A stretch of 64,000 bases of DNA from assembly GCA_030704615.1 (NCBI GenBank), contig CM060732.1, positions 60,574,001-60,638,000 on the forward strand, in the 5' to 3' direction. Positions within the stretch are counted from its first letter, which is position 1, and each line of letters begins with the position of its first letter. A program made the position numbers and the translations under genes. The notes beneath the pieces were generated by a model that did no database searches, was not told the origin of the DNA, and saw only the letters and a list, made by a program, of their open reading frames with translations. Shown here one piece after another: positions 49,806 to 62,665 of the stretch. The stretch comes from Takakia lepidozioides (taxonomy: Eukaryota; Plantae; Bryophyta).

Positions 49806-50530
49806 GAAGGTACCTTCTTCAACATATTTCACCATGTTTTCCCTGCTAGTGTTTGCTTTGAAAATTCTAGGCTGTCATTGTCAGCTGCTAGCAGCAAGGC
49901 GTGGATGTATGCATGATTTGTGCAGAGGAATGGATAGTTGAAGGAGCAGGGATTTCGTGTGGGTCCAAATTCATCCAAGAGGGCCAGATTTCAAGCACAA
50001 GATTACCTGTGATTCCCTGTGGATCAATAGCTACAAGAAAGCTGCATGGGTAGATGGTCAACTGGCAGCAGCGGCACAAGTGATAAAATCAGGCACTGCT
50101 AATGAAGGCATCTTCTTCAACACATTTTACCCTGTTTTTCCCTCTTATCAGAATCGGCCCTAAATTTCCATGTTCAATTCTGCAAGTTAGCTGGTTGAGT
50201 GAATCTAGTTTTGAGTGACTTTGACATGATACTGCCACTGTGACAACAAGAAAGTGTCAAAAAACAGGTAACAGAGATGAGGAGAAGCTGTGGAATGAAT
50301 ACATATCTGAGCCCAGTCACTGATGGGTCAACCGGGGTAGAAAGGTGAATGCTTGCTACATTTCAGAGGGTAGCAGACGCAATTCAGCATATGAACTTGT
50401 GTGCTACGCTGAGTTGGGTGTTTCCTAGAACAAATGTAGGCTGTCATTGTCAGCTGCTAGCAGTAAGGCAAGGATGAATGCTTGATTTGTGCAGAGGCAT
50501 GGATAGATGAAGGAAGAGAGATAGAGTGTG
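49806..50530. repeat. Further unit(s) of the 33480-35556 tandem repeat family
   Basis: Shares GAAGGTACCTTCTTCAACA, GATTCCCTGTGGATCAATAGCTACAAG and GTAACAGAGATGAGGAGAAG. Confidence 0.85.
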
Positions 50531-51189
50531 GGTGACGCAGGGTGCTGGGCAATGGGCTAGACGTCTTTGTATAAACGTGAGTGACCTTCATATCCTCCTG
50601 GCTCTCATTTTTAGTGCATGTTTCTTTGTGAAGTATCTGACGACTTCGCCAACACACACCAACCTTTTTGCTTTGGTTTGTTTACGAGTCTATGGGATAG
50701 AAGTTACCATAAACAACATTGGCATTGGTTTTTCATATATGGTATTAGATAATTCTCTTAACTGTTTCCGCCTTGGCAGGTTGCTCAGTGACCTTCCCTG
50801 GACGCTTTGGAGTATAGCGAGTGAGTGTCTCACAATGCAATGTTGGTTGGTGCATCTTATGCAAGAACTTGGAAAACAAACAGACGTCCTTGCTGTAGTA
50901 ATTCTTAAAGCCATGCAAGCCTTAGTTTTTGATGGGTTGCAGATTGATGGAATACATGAGTAGTTAGAAGATTCTGGGTGAACACTTTTCAAAGTGTTAT
51001 AGTTAGACAATATAATTCACATGAGAACATGTGACTATTTTATGTATTTTTAGATTGCGACAAAAACGATATGATAAATAGATTGGTAAATAGAGATGGT
51101 GTACAATCTCTTGGTTTTGCTCAGCTTGTTGGAGTTATGTCTTGCTGCCTTGTTCCTTTGTATTATATATTATATTTCATTGTTGTAAT

Positions 51190-51708
51190 AGACATGTACA
51201 TGACTGCTATCATAGTCATAATAATGACTACATCTATTTTCACTCTCCAATAGTACTACACCACGTGGCAGAAATACAAATATGTAAAAAAATTACAATA
51301 CACCCAAACAAACACCCATCATGACACATGTCAATCTGCTGAGGGACCACGTGTAAGAACTGCAACGCGCCACGTGTTGCAACCGGATTAGCACGCTCAT
51401 AGTCATAGTTCGCAGTCATGGAGAGCGAACATTCTGCCACGTGTCATTTCCTGTATCGAGCACATGTCATTCTTGCACAACCGCTGACATGGACTACACT
51501 GTCCGTTCAGTCATTCAGTAAAGCTAGCGTGTATGACTACCCCCACAGCTGCTCAGGCGCCACGTCACAGCCAGCCTGGAGAGTCATATCTGCCATGTCA
51601 CAACTGACTAGGCTTTTACGTCTTTAGAGTCAGGAAGTCGTAAATGGCTTCCATAACTGCATTTGCAGTCATAACACAGAGACGTAAAAGTCGCAATCTG
51701 TTGTAGTG
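51190..51708. mobile_element. CACTA terminus (family 2), partner of the 28640-28924 end
   Basis: AATCTGTTGTAGTG ends at 51708 and is followed by AAC. AGTCAT/ATGACT subterminal repeats. Confidence 0.75.
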
Positions 51709-53625
51709 AACATTCCCCGAGAAAGTTGCACATGCTCGGAATTTCTTCGAGCTGAGGGGGAGACCGAAAAAGTACAACGATCACATAACAAAGTTGGAGA
51801 CTAGACAATGGAATGTAAATAATTCATTGTGTTTTTTGTTCCTTTTACTAGAAAACCAAAATATTTTCAAGCTCGGATTTAATGTGACAAACGGAAAGTT
51901 CCATCATTCAAATATTCGATTTGCTGAAGTCTTATGTAATGTCTGTTGTTTCGTAATGAGGTGTTTCTCCACTTGGAACAATTTTGCAAATGTGCTGATA
52001 AAATACTTGAAAAACCATATGACCATGAAAACTTGATGTTTCGGATGACGCATGCAAAAGATTTCATGGTCTTCTGGTATTTCATTTGTGGAACTGTTCC
52101 TAGTGGAGAACATGAACATATTGGATAAATTTGACTTGGAGGAGCACCGCATCACGAAGCAGGAGACACTACGGAAAGAGCTTCAAATTACAAGGCACGA
52201 CAGGATGGACGGAAATGAATTGACAATCGAATCATCCTTTGGAGTATAGTATAATTGACATGATAGTTGTAACTTTTGTTTCATCTCAAAAATCAAATAT
52301 CAAATATCGAGTGAAATGTCTAATTTTGGCCCTGATCATTTTCACGGGAATTTATGCAAGCATGTCAACTCATACTGGAGATGAGTAGCGTGGAGAAGGC
52401 CATGGTTCTAGATCTCTGTGACGAAGACGTATGGAACCTCTGGGAGGAAGTGTTCAAACAGTGGGAGTAAGGAAAGCTTATTGATAGTTTCGGGATTCAG
52501 TGCAAGGGTGAACAACTACCGCTGAATAAAACCGCTATCGCGAAACTGCAAGGACTTAATAGCAGGCAGTTGAAAAGAGTGGCGGAGAAAATCCTGAACA
52601 GGAACATTTACATTCGGGGAACGAAATTCAAATGCGCGGACAAATCCAAAAATACAATGAGCGCGTATATTGACCAAATGAAATTGCGACGGTTTATTAT
52701 CGACAATGTAATGGAAGTCTTAGGATGGCCTCGGAGGAGCAAACAGAACCCGGAACCGTACACCAAAGTGAAATGGTGTGATGTGAAAAAAAAATACAAC
52801 TTCAACAAAGCTGAGTTTGAAACTTTTCAAGATCGGCTCGGGAATGACTACATTGTAAGCAAACAGAAGATGAATATGGAGACGTAGCCAATGACTTCTG
52901 CCTTCAAAAAGTATGTCTTGTTGTGCAAGCAGATCTTTGAGGATAACCAAAACGTCCTGGCGATTCTACGTACGAGCTTCAGGTCCCATTACACACAGCT
53001 GGGGGGGAAACCAAAAATTTGTTGATGCCAGATCACTGTTGGGACTTGCGCCGAAGAAACGGTTTGACGACATATCGATGGTGTTCGTCAATACAGTTTG
53101 TGATGATGACTCTGTTGTCTTCGAGGCAAAGGACTACTCCAATATCCTAGATGCTTTTGTGGCTAGGAAGCTCATGTCCAGTGCTTTTGTGTAACTTTTC
53201 TCGACACAAGAATCATCGGGAAATCTTGTGGCATACATCCGGAATGGTCCTGGATCAAAGTCGTTTAATATCCGACAAGGTTATTACATTCCCTGCGAGT
53301 TTGAATCACCTTACAAGAGCTGCACGACTATATTCTCCCGGACGGTCCTCTGCCTCGACTACGTATTTCGGGCAACAGCTGAGGAGATGGTGAATCCGGA
53401 CGATCACATTCAAACTGTTTTGTTAACGCCGGACCCAATTAATCCCGTTATCCAAGGACCAGATGTAGACCCGACCTCGCAGGAGAAGGAGTGCAGGACT
53501 TACACTCATGAGCTGACGGCAGACACCTACGATTACATGGTCTTTTTTTTTGCAGGGACGGGATGTCTTGTGTGAATGTTTTTGGAGGAGTGGCAATGAC
53601 ATACATTTTGCTTGTAAGGGGATTC
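51709..53625 (+). pseudogene. C-terminal part of the ParB-like TE gene, ending in an N6/N4 (beta-class) methyltransferase-like segment; degraded
   Basis: Continues the frame from 28925 (AQKFDT-TFPEKVAHARNFFELRGRPKK). Long interrupted frames at 52380-53575. C-terminal ELTADTYDYMVFFF/CRDGMSCVNVFGGVAMTYILLVRG resembles a SAM-binding motif I region. No clear DPPY. Confidence 0.45.
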
Positions 53626-53789
53626 TGCTTCATTTTGGAATTTTCTGTGGTTGCAGTTTGCCCGATTGTAGTGTGAATATGGAGGGAGTAACATTGAAAT
53701 TTTTGTTGTTACTATTCAGTCTCTTCATTTCTACAAGACAGGGGCTCTGATACCAATGGGAAGGAAGTTGAGCTATCCTTGTGAGTTTA

Positions 53790-54110
53790 TTTCATCCATG
53801 TTTATCATCCCAACGATGGCGGAGTACATCCATACTTACCAGTATATTTTAAGAGTTGAGAAATGAATGTTACGCCGGGATGGAAGTAGGTAAGCTATGA
53901 AAACAGTGGATTTTTCGTCCGGTGGATGAATGAAGTTCATCCATGCTGTAGGAACATCATGGGAACATTGGGGAACGCTCGACCAGGATGTAGCCTAAGT
54001 ACCTATGAATTTTGATCCATCAGATGAACGTGGTTCATCCATGATTTATCATCCATGAGGATGAGCGTATGGCCGGGTGTGTTTTTCATCCGGGAGATGA
54101 ATGAACTTCA
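53790..54110. repeat. Cluster of TTCATCC/GGATGAA short motifs (probable TE subterminal repeats)
   Basis: The motif recurs many times in both orientations. Confidence 0.5.
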
Positions 54111-57100
54111 TTTGTGTGCGATGGCGGGGAATGCCCTACGGGATGCTATGCGCAGAAGAAGAACGAGCAAGAGAGGGTGTAGCAGGGAGCGTAAGTAGGA
54201 AAACGCTTGGTGGATTCTGCTTGAGGGGCTGTGGAATGAGCAAGGATTGATTGTAGAGGGAACAGCGCGTTCTGCAACCTTTCCAGGTAGAAATATGTTT
54301 TATTCGAAAGTCCAGAACAAAGGAAATGGAAAAAACATTTGGATTATTCCACTCACAAGTATGTATAATTACAATATTGTCATATTCTATTTTGGAGTGT
54401 GTACAAATAAAAATTCACTAATTGTCATTCGTTACCTACATCCATAACCACTGCCTGGGTGACATTCTGGGACACCACCTCTCAAGGATTGTTAACGGGA
54501 TCCAGTGATGTAATCAAAGGCTCGTCATCTTCCACAGGTGTGAACCCTTGAGCTAAGGTTTCAACTAACTCCATCGATGTCGCTTCTTCCCCCCCTGGAG
54601 AAGCCGGATTTTTATTCGTGGTGTTATCGGAATTGGAGGAAGAGCTGTCCAAATTGTGTACACTTTATGGCGCAACGCGTTCTTGGGTATTTGGAGTACT
54701 ACCGAGTATATCCAACCCGAAAATTTCCTGGCCCTCTCTTTCCCTTTCCCACATCAGTCGCATCTGCCCCTGGTCTTCGGTGACGATTTCCATGTTCTCA
54801 TCTTCGTCTTCATGTTCGTCTTTCTCCTCGTCGTTGTCCTGTTCTTATTTCTCCTCCTTTTCCTCGTCCTGCTCTTTGTCGTGTCCTTCCTCATCCTCTT
54901 CTTCGTCCACTTCGTCATCCTGCAGTGAGTCTCCGTCATCTCTGTCTCCGGCGAGAGTCTGATTATCAATCTGAAGCGTCTTGAAATAAGCCTCCACCTT
55001 GCTTCTACAAATTTCTTTTTCATTACATAGTTCATGTCAAGCACACGAATATTTCTTTCCTACAATGAAACCAAACAATGAAATCAAAATAAAGCCGACG
55101 AACTGCAACCATCAAAAAATTGAAAGGGTTAGGCTTTCTTTTGAGAGAACTGGCCAACACACCAAACTCCAGAATAACAAACACCCAAAACACCCAAAAC
55201 TCCAATAACATGAACCTCCACTGTCCAGTGGAGGTTCCCAATAGCAGAAAATAGACACTGTTTAACACACTATCCCGACAACGTAGAAAAAATAGGAGAG
55301 TTGAATCTGTAGTGTGAAAAAAGAAGGGCATGAATCCCTTTTGTAAAAATCTAAGTTCGTAGTGCAAAGAAGCTTGCTGCCCTAGCCCACTATGCCCTAG
55401 TGAAGACAAGTTTGCTACCTTAAATCACTATCCTCAATCATTGACCCTTTACTGTTCATGACCAGAGACCAGATGCCCTCATCCATGCCGCAACGGAAGA
55501 GAAAACATGGATGGGACTAGGAAGCTTCTTCATTTTTATCTCTCAGCTTACAACTGGTTATCCCTTCATTCTTCTTTTTTCTGTGCAGCTCTCCCCTTTT
55601 CCAGATTTCTTTTCTCACCCTTGCATGACAAAATATTCCCTAGGTATTATGTAGAATACAGCACCCTTCCTACATGTTGTGCAATTACACCAAGGCAACA
55701 CATCCGACCAGATACATAATTTGTGAGTTGATATCTCAAGGATGCCCCACATTCCCTGTTTGGTCATTTTCTCTTCCTAAACAAGGCCCTCCATTCTGAG
55801 TGCTTTCAGAGACAATTCAGGTTTGTCAGTCAGTGATAAAGAGCCCATTATCTATATCTACATTCTACCCCATCCTTACCTTTTGCATTCAGCTATCAAT
55901 ATCTCCACGGACATATGCATCCTCTCACATCCTCTCTACAATCTCTTTGGTTTGAAGTCAGACCACCTCCATTCCATTTCTCAAAATCTTATCTCCTACA
56001 TCAGTCTTGCTTGAGAGCTCCTAAGTCAAAGCAACAACAACTATTCCTAAGTGAAAGAAGAAGAAGAGACAATTTTTTCTCACATGGCTGATTTATACTT
56101 AGAAGCAGGTGGTGGAGCTCCCTACCCACGTTGGCTCTCACATCCTCATCAGCAGCTGCCTAGATATATGCCGTTTATTGCTACTTCCGGCGCTTCTCCA
56201 GTAGCCAGAGTCATTAAATCATGGCGCTTCCCTCAGCAAACCATCCACCAGTGAGCCCTAGTTAATTCATAAATAGTAATGGCACCGCTTACTTCTGTGG
56301 TAGCAGCCCAGACAGACAAGCTGCTCCACTATCTACACTTCATCTTACTGCCCTGCTGCTAATCAAACCATTATTTAAAACAAAGTTATGAGCTGGTACA
56401 GCGAATCCAATCACCTACTATTCACAGTTCTGCTCTGTCCATCGTTTGCAACAATAGTTTGATCTCTTGCGAACCCTAGCTTCTAGTCAGCGCACGTCAT
56501 CCCTTCAATTCTTGATGGCCCTACTCCCTCCTCTGGCAAGTGCACAAGTTACAAAGCTGCTTCACATGCTTGCTTATCCCCTACCTTCATTGCTGCTAAT
56601 CAAACCCATCTGAAGATATAAACCACAGGTTGATAACAAAATGCAGCAACACCCCAAAGCCCTCTGTTCTGCTCAACTCTTCACCCACAGCTTAGATTCT
56701 TACCCACCGCTTAAGCCTAATTGCAGTGACTCCTTGCAGCACATGTGGCCGAGCTGCTTCCCTTCTCGTGCTTATCTTCCAGTTAATTGCCAAGTGACCA
56801 ACATAACGTCCATGGCGGCACCGCCTCCCTCTGTATGGCAGCTGCACACATGCCAAGTTGTTGCCTGACAGCTTATCCTTTAAGAACCCTTCCTTCTAGA
56901 AAACCTGAGTCATCACTCATGAGCCACCGCCCTCACCATTTCTTCCTATCTGCAGCTGTTCATTACGTCGAGCTGATCCTCCACGCAAGCTCATCCTCCA
57001 GCATTCAATGAAAAGAAGACTGGCAGCATCGCAAGATACCACAAAGCAGCATACGCCAAGTCCTTTGGTATTCCTACCTCCTACTCATTCCACAGCCCCT

Positions 57101-57419
57101 CATCAAGACAAATCCATATTTCCGTTCGCACATCTTTGTGAACAACCACTAACTGTTTCGATACTTTTCTTGTAGATCCAAGAATCCCAATCGGAGGAAA
57201 TGACAAACACACGAACTGGCTCAAAGGAGACTCAAATAGTGAAGAGCCACGTGGATTTGACAGTGAGGGTCAGGTCACCTGAGCCGGTTCTCCAAGTAAC
57301 CTCCACTGTCCAGTCGACGTTGCCATCTGCAGGGAATGGGTCGGAGAATCCTCCTACTCGCGGGGAAGTAGAAGAGACGGAGCAGCACAAGCGCATAATC
57401 CAACAACAGATCCCGATTT

Positions 57420-57908
57420 GCGAAGTGTGGACAAAGTTGCACAAACACTTCAGGTTAGGGATTTGGAGCTCTATGATGTATAAGAACTTGCAGCCCATCT
57501 TGGAATTTTTGCTTCGTGGTCTCCCTCAACCAGCCTTCGTTATGTCTCAAGAGGATTGTATTTCATGTTCTACTTCGGTTCACCCTCAATTCAAATCAGG
57601 ATTGGACCCTCCTCATTTGTTTTTGAAGCCACTGGTCAAGGTCTGGCAGAGATTTGGTGGACAATACACCAAGAGTAACACCTCTGCTCATTGACGACAC
57701 CGCCATGAAGCGTGTATTGAAACCACCTGACTCATGTCTTGTTCTCAAACCGTTCCAGACCGTGGAGACTGATGGTTGTTATCTTCTCAAGGTTCTTCAG
57801 ACCTATTTGCTTGGAATGAGAAAACATCCCACTGTTTCAAACTATCTTAGGAAAAAAAAAGATAGGGTTGAGTCTTTTTCCCAATGTTTCAAACGATCCC
57901 AAGTTTAG
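57420..57908 (+). pseudogene. FCP1/SCP (NIF, HAD-like) phosphatase homology domain remnant
   Basis: FRLGIWSSMMYKN..FVMSQEDC..FLKPLVKVW..YTKSNT/LLIDDTAMKRVLKP..LQTYL. Frameshift at ~57680. N-terminal catalytic motif absent. Confidence 0.7.
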
Positions 57909-59519
57909 CCCACTCTGGGATTTTATTGAGGACAACGGTTTTAAGAGTCTCAGATATGATGTTTCAAAATAAAATTATTTTTGATCAATCCCATCTCACT
58001 CGAGCTATTGAATATCTTCATGGTTTCTGATTTTCATTGCTTTGTAATCACACACGTATTAAATATGGTACTCTCCTTTTCACTCATTTTCTGTTGAATT
58101 CTTGACGCACATTTCGAGCCCAAGACTCTGATACAGGCCTTCATACGGGGACATGACTATATCTAGTGACCTCCACTGTTCAGTAGAGGTTCACATTCCG
58201 GATTTATGATTATGTCTCTTTGGCAGGTTCAAGGAGATGCTAACGATGTCAACGGTTCCTCAAGTCCTCTAAGGGAACCCTCCGGATCAGTAGTGAGTCG
58301 GAGATTTGAAGGCTTTCTGAGGGTTCACGATGGTGCTCAAATTGAGGGTGGATCCTCGGTCAGACCCTTCTCCTCTCAGGAAGCGAGCGACACTCTTCTC
58401 CTCTTGGGTGTAAAGTCCAAGGTGCAGGTGAAGAACAGAAATATCTCGAAAACTTTATCGACCTTTCCCAACATTCCTCACCCTCCCCGTTCAGTACGCA
58501 GGGTCTGGTCTATCCAACCCGCAGGGCAACCATCGGGGACTTGGCTGCGGCTCCGCTGCACCTTGTTCCGTCTCTTCCTCGCATATCTCCCCAGCACAAG
58601 GGTTGGACAGCCCAAATCCGCAGGAGTCAGGTGACTTAAACTCATTTCTCGCTCCTTGCTCATTATCCTAGTTTCACTTAGTTTGGGGTCTGATATTCAT
58701 CTCTCGCTCCAGGTTAGAAAATCTGCAGACTATGACCTTCCGGTCAAACGACGTCTGCATTGGAATGCAGTTCCGAGGTAAATTATTCCTTCGTTGCGTT
58801 TTCATTCCATCCAGGATGTCGAGTGCTCAAGGGACAATTTTCTGTACTTGCCTGTTATTGCCCCTCTACTCCCCCCGTCATTCAATAGCAAAACAACTCC
58901 AACATCGACACGCCTGACCCTGAACTGGTGGCACAATGTTCTGCACCAAAGAGGCGAAAAAGAGCCCCCGAGCCATTTCCTTCCTCTGCAGGAAATCTTT
59001 TCAACAAATAAAAGACTAATAAGAAAAAAAGATCAGACTCCAAACACATGAGGACTCCCTCCGATGTTGTGATGCCTCGTCAATCCAAGCCCGTGGGAAT
59101 CGGACATTGCTCCTCTGCGAGACCTTCAATGGTAAATTTCAAAACCATTTCTCCACTTTCGTTTGCAGTTTGTTTTGCGGTCCCAAACTAACTCCGTAAT
59201 TTTTATACAAGCGAATATGAAGCCACAGAACTTATTAAATACGCCTCTCGACAATGTGCGTCCACGAACCTCCACTTGACAGCCGACGTTCATCTTTTCA
59301 TGATCTCCAATTGTTCGATATATAGTCTACTCTTGGTCCTTTATAGTAGTCCATTGTCGAGACACTTATGTCTCGGCAAATGTAGAGATCACTCTAAAAC
59401 TAATAAACACTACATCGGGTTATTTCTGATGGCGGGAACACTGAAATTTATTTCCTTAAATTGCGCAAGATGACATTGTCCATCAACCTTCATCTGCCAC
59501 ATCGGGGAAGAGGAAACGG

Positions 59520-59900
59520 ATGTTGTTAATATTGAGTGTCAACGGACTCCTCTGCTACCAGCCACCTCCAATTGGCGGTGAATTGTTTAAGGAGAGATTT
59601 CGTTTCAGGAAAATTACAGTTCATGTTCTCGACAGACTTTTTGTGGTTCCCCGGCCCAGAGTCTTGGAGTTTCTCAACCTTGCATTGATGCATTTTCACA
59701 TGGTGATTTGGTCATGTGTTGAAAGAGATATTCTTTGTAGGATGCTCGAGTGCTTAGTTCCCACGAAAATTGCGAAGAAGTTTTGCTTCATCTGGTCAGT
59801 TGAGGATTGCAAAGACACTACCGGTTATGAGTTTGACATTGACCTCTTTTACATGAAGAATCTTACGTACAACGACATTGATGAAGTGATTCCTCCTTCC
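59520..59900 (+). pseudogene. Second FCP1/SCP-like phosphatase domain (N-terminal half), catalytic Asp replaced
   Basis: LLILSVNGLLC (cf. LLVLDVNGLL), VVPRPRVLEFL..HFHMVIWS, FCFIWSVEDC, FYMKNL. Confidence 0.7.
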
Positions 59901-59999
59901 TACGTAGGTTTCTCTAGTTCCCGGATATCCAGTGTATTAAACATCGTATATCTTCTCGTCCTAGTTCATCTTCTTCGTCCTCGTCCTCGTCCTCGTCCT

Positions 60000-60260
60000 A
60001 TGGATGCCGAAAAGCGGATGTGTCGAATTTGCTTCGATGAAGCGGAGCCCCTCAACAACCCTGCGGGTGCATCGGCACTGCAAAGGTAAGTATGTTAGTA
60101 TGTCTCGTTGTCTTTGTAAGCTTAAATTGAAAATTGAAATTGCAATACTAATTGCGGTAGGAAGAGCAAATGTCAAACTAGACTATGCAACTACCCACGG
60201 AGGAAATGCGGTTTCAGTTGCTATGAGACATTGGTGTCAAGAAAAGAGAGATATTGATTG
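60000..60260 (+). pseudogene. RING-CH (RINGv) zinc-finger fragment
   Basis: CRICFDEAEPL../PCGCIGTAK followed by a GTAAGT donor, and a downstream HWCQEKRD. Frameshifted. Confidence 0.6.
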
Positions 60261-62182
60261 ATAGGCGAAATAAACTATATAACTTATGTATTTCCCTTTC
60301 TTCCTCTTGCAAACAAAAGAGAGACTCCCAAACCTATAGGATGTATAAAAGTCCTCCGTTAGACGTTCTTTTTGGAACTTTGTCTTCTACAATTGCTTCT
60401 CAACTTAGTTTTGAATTGAAATGTTAATCTATTTAAGTATTTAGTTGGTGACTCAAAGAAGACAACATTAATTTCGGTAGAAAATGTTTTTTACAACAAT
60501 AAGATTTTTATTGAAACTTAGTGAATTGATCTATGTGTGCGTGAACGTTTCTTCTTAAGCAAAATAGATATTCAGAGTCGATAACTAAGGCAATATGAGG
60601 TCAAAATGAATAGAGAGATAGACAGTGCTTTTGATTTTTCTTTCTAGAACTCGTAGGATGTCTCCCATCAACCTGAACCAACTCCTTGCCTTCAATTGGA
60701 GAAACCTTACAGTGTGCGAGCTGCCAAGTTGGATGGGCGGGAGTCTTTCCATTCTATTCGTGATTTGGACGCTTTTGGAAAAGATGATATGTCATTTATC
60801 CCATCACTTATTTACGCATTAGTTGTTATGATGTATTTTATGGACAAACTACTAAGGCATCACCGTTTTTATTACTTATATTTCATGTCATTTATGTGCA
60901 TAAGTTTTTTATCTAATTATTTGTAATATCTTGTAAGAAAAAATTCAAATAGACAAATAATATGATAGTAAATTATCCCAAAAATTTGAAAAAAATAAAT
61001 TAATATGGAGAATAGTAAAATATTAATCTCCAAATAAATGTAAAATTAATGCTTAAAGACAGAGAAAAGACGATAAAAGAAATGCATTCGAAAAAAGCAA
61101 GGAAACTTTGAAAATACCAAATTATCGATATCCATACATTGTGTGTTGCACAACAATGATAACATGTTGATCATAAATAATATTATGGAAATATTATATA
61201 AAATATACAGTAAAGTAAAAAAAATCTAATCCCACCACAAATATGTCTCGAAATTAATTGCTTTGTTTTTATCAACTTTGATAAATACAGGAAAAATACG
61301 ATTTTTACTACCCAATGTTGTTTTATCACAACAAATATAATAAAGTATTATCATTTAGAATATTAATGAATATAAAAGAAAAATACTCATATAATTTTTT
61401 AAAAAGAAAATAAAAGTTGATTTTTTACTTGATGAACAAAAAATATCAATTAGTATATGTATTAATTATAATTCCAACTTTAAGAGAATGTAGCTAACAA
61501 ACAAGCCTCGGCTTCTATTATTCACACTAAAGTACACATCCAGAAATGGACGCAATCAACCGTACTCTTAGATGCCAAAGATTTTTTATTTTTATTTTCA
61601 TATTTTTGTCTTATTTCCAAGGAAACATCACCCAAAGTTTGCACATTGATCGCACACTTTTTATACCACTTGACTCAATAATATTTTCTTCGATATTGTT
61701 CAATGAAGTCGTCACTAGTTGTGCGGAACAGTGCAAAGCCCTCTAGCTCTTTAGGATGCCAACAAGTGCCAAGTTTTTGCTTATAGGCAAGACAAAGGGT
61801 TAAATACGAGGAGTCAGATTTTTCTACGTGGACCTGTTAAATTGTGACACATGTGATATAGTCACTTTTCTAATCCTGCCACCTCGTTATTCTTGCCACA
61901 TGGGCGCTGAGTAGAATTTACATGTGGCCCTTGTGGCGATTTTAGAATAACGTAAAAAATAAATTAATAACTTCGTACACTTGGTGGTTTATAACCAAGA
62001 ATCTTTCTCTTCTATACAGAAGACATATGTATCACATTGACTAGAGCTAGTTTTCCATGCACTACTTAGAGAGTAAAGCATGGTTTTTAGAATGGGATAG
62101 TAAGGTGGGCATTGACCTTTTGGTATTTATAATTTCAACTTTGGTATTCACAATAAATTTATTTTTGTATGGGGTTTTAAAC

Positions 62183-62665
62183 CAGTGTTGCTCTGGTATG
62201 AGTATTAGACCCGAGTATCAACGCTGGTATCAACCCTGGTATCACGGACCAGACCAGCCTGGTCTTAAAGTTCAACAATATCAGGTCATATACCAAACCA
62301 GGTTGGTATCCATATTCTCATACCAGCCACAATACCAATACCCCCCACCATCTTCCTCATTTACTCTGGTATGTGTATTATACTAGTTTATGTGGACATA
62401 CATGGACTTATTTATATTTGCTTTATGTTTATTGTATTTATTTTCACTTGATATTTGTTTTCACTTGTAAGTGAAATGGCTTTTGAATGATACCAGAAAT
62501 ATCCCATACCAGCTGGTATTGTGATCATGATACTCATACTCATACCAATAACTGGAAAAAAATACATCCAACATTATATAGACCAGACTGGTATGAAAGT
62601 TTTGTGATTGGGCCGGTACCGGGACCAATCTGGTACGTAAAAAACCTGATACCAGACCAACACTG
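62183..62665. mobile_element. hAT-like MITE (~483 bp), 17-bp TIRs, degenerate 8-bp TSD
   Basis: CAGTGTTGCTCTGGTAT and ATACCAGACCAACACTG (1 mismatch). Flanks TTTTAAAC and ATTTGAAC (6/8). Internal GGTAT/ATACC repeats. Confidence 0.7.

Noticed and set aside
54754-54930. Acidic/Ser-rich ORFs
   Set aside because: Low-complexity trinucleotide-like sequence with stops in the plausible frame; no family could be assigned.
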